A stretch of DNA of 64,000 nt from the human T2T-CHM13v2.0 reference genome, Homo sapiens. The translations under genes and the position numbers were made by a program. Shown here piece after piece: positions 56,149-64,000 of the stretch. The stretch lies in the NCBI RefSeq assembly GCF_009914755.1, contig NC_060932.1. One strand, written 5' to 3'. Below the pieces are notes generated by a model. The model saw only the letters and a program-made list of their open reading frames with translations. It made no database searches and was not told where the DNA came from. Numbering within the stretch: position 1 is the stretch's first letter; each line of letters begins with the position of its first letter.

Positions 56149-57239
56149 GTCCTTCATTTCTTAAAATTAGTTCTTTATAGTTCTTCAGAATAATTTTATG
56201 ACTAAATAGATTGGAAAATTTAGATTTTAATTGCCACTGTTAAATATGCCATGTAATTTGTGCATATAAATTTGAAGAATAATTTGGAAAAACTGAAGTT
56301 GAGTTTGTCTGCTTGTGTGTTTGGGAAAGTAAGTTCTTAGCTATCTTTATCAGAGAAGTACTATAGAGAATTAAATTGTCATTTTCTGCCCTTGTCATCA
56401 CTGCCCTTAGTTAAGGTATTCATTAGTTTTGTCTATTGAAATGATTTTCTAACTAGTAATTCTATACTGCCACTCAGCAGTCTTAAAATCCCAAGTCTGA
56501 TTGTGTCACTGTAATGTTAAGTAATTACTATAGCTTCTCAACAGTGGATGCATTTATTATATGAATGCCCTTAAAGTGGTTCCACTTCCTTTTCTAGCTC
56601 ATCTTCTGCCAACTTTCTCCATCTGATTGGCAAAATAGAACTTACCATTATTTTATGAAAGTATAAATATTTTCTTAATATTTCTTTCACGATCTCAATT
56701 TTTGTATGTATGTTTTATACAGACGTGTACACACACCTATGGCATTTCCTACAGAAAGTCTTTTCTGATTTTCCAGTTACTTACTCCCTCTTCTTTGTAC
56801 TTAAGTGTTTTGTTTTGCTTTCTTTGTAATTCATTTAGAGTAGCTATCACATTATAGGGTAAATAAGTCTTCCTCACGATACCTGTGAAGTGCTCCCAGT
56901 TGGAGACCACGTTCTTTATTTTTTGTCTCCAGTAACCAGCACAGTATCTGGCACATATAGCATTCATGTTTATTAAGTGAATGGATGGATTAGGTTATCT
57001 AATAGAATTAGAGAATGAAGAATTACGGTTGGTGAAATACTCAGGTTGAATATTATTATGACATTTTTCTTATGACATGATTAGATATGCATAAATTATA
57101 CTTTTAGAAAATTATAATAGGAGAAAGTACATAGCATAATACAAGCATTAAAATTAGAATGAACATCACTTTTGGTTGTTAAATCGGAAGTCATGTCAGG
57201 AGTTTGAAGCACTTCAATTTTTGTGTGTGTGGTTTTTTT

Positions 57240-58426
<1,187 letters not shown>

Positions 58427-58912
58427 AGTTTTATCTTTTAATCAGTTACATATATTCGTTTATACTAGATGAACTTCTCATTTTTATTAAACTTTTGAGA
58501 GTTTTTTTAATCACAGTGACTTTTTGTCAGTATGAAGCACTATGAGTACTTTCCATTTTTAGTAGATACTTCAGTGATCAAATTTTACGCATTTGTGTTT
58601 GTCTTCGTAGCTTCCAAAGTTTAGTCATTAATTTTGTCAAGATTTTTTTCTTTAAAAACTATTGTTGGTGTATTTGAACTTCCCTCAGTCTTTTCTTTAT
58701 AGATGTATTTAAATATAGCAGTCAGTACTTCCAGTATTGATTTATGTAAGATGCTACTATTGCAGTTGTAAAAATGCTGTTGATTCCTTTCATGTGAATA
58801 TTGTGAACATTCTTTGACTATATTTGCAGTTAGAGTTACTAATTATCCATTATAGCTGAAGAATGTGTTCAGTTAGTAAATAGTAACTCCTGAATTTTCC
58901 AGTTTTAAATAT

Positions 58913-59320
58913 AGTCAGCCCTCCGTATCTGCAGTGTCTACATTCACGGATTCAGTCAGTTGTGGATCAAAAATACAGTCGTCTCAAGGTATCTGTGGGA
59001 GATTGATTCCAGAACCCCCAACGGATACCAAAATCTGTGTATGCTCAAGAACCTTATATAAAATGGTATAATAGTTAGTTGTATGTAACCTATGCACATC
59101 CTCCTGTATACTTTAGATGATCTCTGGGTTATTTATAATACCTAATACAGTGTAAATGGTTTGTAAGTGGTTATACTGTATTGTTTAGGGAATAATGACA
59201 AAAAAAACTGTGTACATGTTCAATACAGATGCAACTATTCATTTCTTTTTCCCAGCTATTTTCAATCTGTGAATGGTTGAATCCACAGATGTAGAACCCA
59301 CTGATATGAAGGACTGATTG
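58913..59320. mobile_element. MER2/Tigger-type DNA transposon remnant
   Basis: gtcagccctccgtatctg..., ggataccaaaatctgtgtatgctcaag, gttgaatccacagatgtagaaccca. Confidence 0.65.
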
Positions 59321-60035
59321 TGTTGGAAAAACAAATAACAATACAACAATAAAAAATGATACAAATAAAAAACCAACATAGTCTGTCAAGGACTGTACTG
59401 TAAAATATACTTTTAACATCCAGTGTATTTGAAAAATGGTTTTGTGATTTTCTTTTAAACAGTAAGTGAGAGTTGAGTTTTTTGGTTTTTAAGTCCAAGC
59501 TTTACTGGCAATAGCCAGTAAATCTTTGTCAGAATTATTAATTTAAATGTAACCTCTGTTACATTATATTTAGTTCTTAAGTTATTTTAGTCATATCAGA
59601 GAACCATTTCAAAAGACAATATGTTAAGTTAGCTTTCTCATAGACAGTAGACAGTTACAAGAGTTAGATGGGTATACCACAGGTAATTTAATAGTAAAAC
59701 AAGTAGCTTAGTAATAAAACATCTCAGTTTTCAATGATAAGCCTTTTCAAAAATAATTTAAAATTAGTTCCAGGCAGGATCTATGACGTTATGTCACACA
59801 TTCATGAGTGGAAAAGCAGCCACGAAATAGTGACAAGAGTGAAATAGTAGAAGAAACGGGTTAAGAACTTTACTCCAAAGAACTTTGACTGTCTCTGTAA
59901 ATTAGCCTTCAAAATGGTATTGACCCTTGAAAAGTCATACCAGTTGTACTGACAATATTAGTGGATTTTTTTCACTTTGCATAATTCTACAAATTGTGAA
60001 GCTCTGTGCGGTGCTTTAAAATCACACCTAAATCA

Positions 60036-60302
60036 CACTTGGGGTGGCTGAGGTGGGCAGATTGCTTGAGCCCAGGAGTTCAAGACCATCCTGGGCAACA
60101 TGGTGAAATCCTCATCTCTACAAAAAATACAAAAAATTAGCTGGGCATGGTGGCGGACGCCTGTGGTCTCAGCTACTCTGGGAGCTGAAATGGGAGGATT
60201 GCTTGAGCCTCAGGAAGTGGATGTTGCAGTGAGCCAAGATAGCGCTGCTGCACTTCTGCCTGAGTGACAGAGTGAGACCCTGTTTCAAAAATAAAATAGA
60301 AT
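60036..60302 (+). mobile_element. Sense-strand Alu (5'-truncated) upstream of exon 4
   Basis: TSD aaaatcacacctaaatca / aaaagcacacctaaatca. Confidence 0.9.
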
Positions 60303-61311
60303 AAAAGCACACCTAAATCAAAGATCGAAAATCTAGTTTCAGACTTTTTTTTTTTGCGTAAGAAACTTACTTCAAAAGAAATAAGTATTTAAAATACTTT
60401 AAAGTATTTTATTTTTATATTGTCTAGTAACAAATTTGAGCTTTTTTTTTCCTTTAATAAAATTTGGTGTCTTGATTTTTGGCAGTTCACTAAATGATAA
60501 GTATAGTGAAGGTTGATTTAATTGCAGTAATTCTGGAAAAAATTTACATGAACTCACTATTACTAAATTAAAAAAAACCCAAACCTGTTCTGTAATAGGT
60601 TTATTGTGTAAAATTTGGGGAAGAGGAGAGTATAAAGAAAAGTCATGTCTGTTATTCCACCAATAAGAAACTATGATAAGGAATTTGTTTTATGTCTTTT
60701 TTTGAAATGAACAAGGCAAAGCAAAACAAAAAGAAATTTGCATCATGCTATAAACGTAATCTTGAATCTTCTCAAGACTGTGAGCATTTCTCCATTTTTT
60801 CCTTAATGAAAGTACAAAATCTAATGGTTGAACTGGATTCCATCATATAGATAAGCTGTAATTCCTCTATTATTCGGCAGAGTTGTCTAGTTTATTTAAT
60901 CCTTGTGTGTAAGTGATTGCATACATCAATTGATTAAAGTACAGCTGGCTGTAAATGGTAATTTTGTGTCCACAAAGTTTATATATTAGCCTTTTGTAGA
61001 AATTATGATATTTTTAAATTGTGACAGAGGGCCTGGCTCTTCAAACAAAAATAATACTCATTATACCCCCACTCTCATCCCTGAAAAAAGCCATATAGGT
61101 TAGTTTGTAAGAAATATTTTAAGATGTGACTACTCATCAGCAAATTTTTCTGTTGATAAAACTGGATTTGAAATTTTAATTTTGTTTATCTAGAATAGGT
61201 ACATCTTTTATTTTCATTTACTTAAAACTTCTTGATTTTAATCTTTCAGATTTCTTTTTTTGCTCTTTTAAGAGGACATTTCGCTACTGATTGTGATATT
61301 TTGTTTTGCAG

Positions 61312-62910
61312 AGTAACAGCTATCCACCAATGTCAGATCCATACATGCCTAGTTACTATGCTCCATCCATTGGATTTCCATATTCTCTTGGGGAAGCAGC
61401 GTGGTCCACAGCTGGAGACCAGCCTATGCCATATCTGACAACCTATGGACAAATGAGTAATGGAGAACATCACTATATACCAGATGGTGTATTTAGTCAA
61501 CCTGGGGCATTAGGAAATACCCCTCCATTTCTTGGTCAACATGGATTTAACTTTTTTCCTGGTAATGCTGATTTCTCTACATGGGGGACAAGTGGATCTC
61601 AGGGACAATCAACACAAAGTTCTGCTTATAGTAGCAGTTATGGCTATCCACCTAGTTCTCTTGGGAGAGCTATTACTGATGGACAGGCTGGATTTGGCAA
61701 TGATACTTTGAGTAAGGTGCCTGGCATTAGCAGTATTGAGCAAGGCATGACTGGACTGAAAATTGGTGGTGACCTGACAGCTGCAGTGACAAAAACTGTA
61801 GGTACAGCTTTGAGCAGCAGTGGTATGACTAGCATTGCAACCAATAGTGTGCCCCCAGTTAGCAGTGCAGCACCTAAACCAACCTCCTGGGCTGCCATTG
61901 CCAGAAAGCCTGCCAAACCTCAACCGAAACTTAAACCCAAGGGCAATGTGGGAATTGGGGGTTCTGCTGTACCACCACCTCCTATAAAACACAACATGAA
62001 TATTGGAACTTGGGATGAAAAAGGGTCAGTGGTAAAGGCTCCACCAACCCAACCAGTTCTGCCTCCTCAAACTATAATCCAGCAGCCTCAGCCATTAATT
62101 CAACCACCACCATTGGTGCAAAGCCAACTGCCTCAACAGCAGCCTCAACCACCACAACCACAGCAGCAACAAGGACCTCAGCCACAGGCCCAGCCTCACC
62201 AAGTGCAGCCTCAACAGCAGCAGCTGCAGAATCGCTGGGTAGCTCCTCGTAACAGGGGAGCAGGCTTCAACCAGAACAATGGAGCGGGCAGTGAAAACTT
62301 TGGTTTAGGTGTTGTACCTGTCAGTGCTTCACCTTCTAGTGTAGAAGTGCATCCCGTGCTGGAAAAGCTAAAGGCCATAAACAACTATAATCCCAAAGAC
62401 TTTGATTGGAATCTGAAGAATGGACGTGTGTTTATAATTAAAAGCTACTCTGAGGATGACATACATCGTTCCATTAAATACTCTATCTGGTGTAGTACTG
62501 AGCATGGTAATAAGCGTTTGGATGCAGCTTACCGTTCCCTGAATGGGAAAGGCCCACTCTATTTACTCTTCAGTGTGAATGGCAGTGGACATTTTTGTGG
62601 AGTGGCTGAAATGAAGTCTGTTGTGGACTATAATGCGTATGCTGGTGTCTGGTCTCAGGATAAGTGGAAGGGCAAATTTGAAGTTAAATGGATCTTTGTC
62701 AAAGATGTTCCCAATAACCAATTACGGCATATTCGCTTAGAAAATAATGACAACAAACCGGTTACCAATTCAAGGGACACTCAAGAGGTACCCCTAGAAA
62801 AAGCTAAGCAAGTGCTTAAAATAATTGCTACTTTCAAGCATACCACCTCAATCTTTGATGACTTTGCACATTATGAAAAGCGTCAAGAAGAGGAGGAAGC
62901 CATGCGTAGG
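61312..62910 (+). CDS. YTHDF3: YTHDF3 coding exon 4 (1599 nt): P/Q/N-rich low-complexity region plus YTH domain
   Basis: ttttgcag acceptor, gtaaga donor at 62911, 533 open codons. YTH domain GRVFIIKSY...IIATF at about 62422-62835. The aromatic-cage Trp codons at 62488, 62650 and 62665 compute to W438, W492 and W497. Confidence 0.98.
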
Positions 62911-63297
62911 GTAAGAATATAGTAATTTTTTGTTTGGGGTCTTTGTATTGCTGGTGGGGTGCATGGATGGGTATATTCTGAGTTTAAGAACTTTCTGTGA
63001 AGGAAACCAACTACTTAAGAAACAACTCTACAAACACCCTTGAAGGTATCTATGTGTGTCCTATATGAACCATTTCTTCTTTCCTTTCCCAGGGTAACTC
63101 ACGCTGAGTTAGCCTCTTGCTCATTCTTCATACTCCCTAGATGATAAAGGCCATTGGGCCTCAGTGTTTATCATCAAAGCTGAATGAATTTTGGCATTTG
63201 TAACTAAACAGACTTCATGAACTAACCAGGGGCTCTAATCATTAATATTATTAATCATACTAACATAGGAGAAAATATATTTAGAGTTTGAAACAAC

Positions 63298-64000
<703 letters not shown>

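Noticed and set aside
61609-61992. Antisense ORFs inside exon 4
   Set aside because: They are shadow frames of the coding exon with no independent support.
61306-62922. 538-aa ORF as a single-exon gene
   Set aside because: Its TTG start and final VRI-stop are intronic. The true exon is 61312-62910, bounded by AG/GT.

Overview
Primate (human-like) genomic DNA with no prokaryotic system. The right third holds the 5' part of YTHDF3 (m6A reader; 8q12.3 from memory): a CpG-island promoter and coding exons 1-4 encoding 578 codons including the YTH domain. The last coding exon lies beyond the window. The left ~43 kb is almost all nested mobile DNA: two solo LTR12 elements, a full-length processed TARDBP (TDP-43) pseudogene, a deleted HERV-F-type (MER48/HERVH48-like) provirus, a 5'-LTR-less HERV-H, MER41/LTR8/LTR10/MER39/THE1/MST LTRs, L1 fragments, a U2 snRNA fragment and many Alus. 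An antisense SVA lies in YTHDF3 intron 3. The strongest second-look items are: (i) a MIR-derived exon in YTHDF3 intron 2 that would stop the canonical ORF and supply a new in-frame N-terminus; (ii) a 1599-nt, phase 0-0, stop-free exon 4 flanked by inverted Alus, so a circular form would have an endless ORF; (iii) AP-1-bearing LTR10 and sense LTR12C upstream of the promoter; (iv) a retained TDP-43 autoregulatory site in the retrocopy. Repeat family names are recalled from consensus sequences and were not searched. Repeat boundaries without a stated TSD are approximate.
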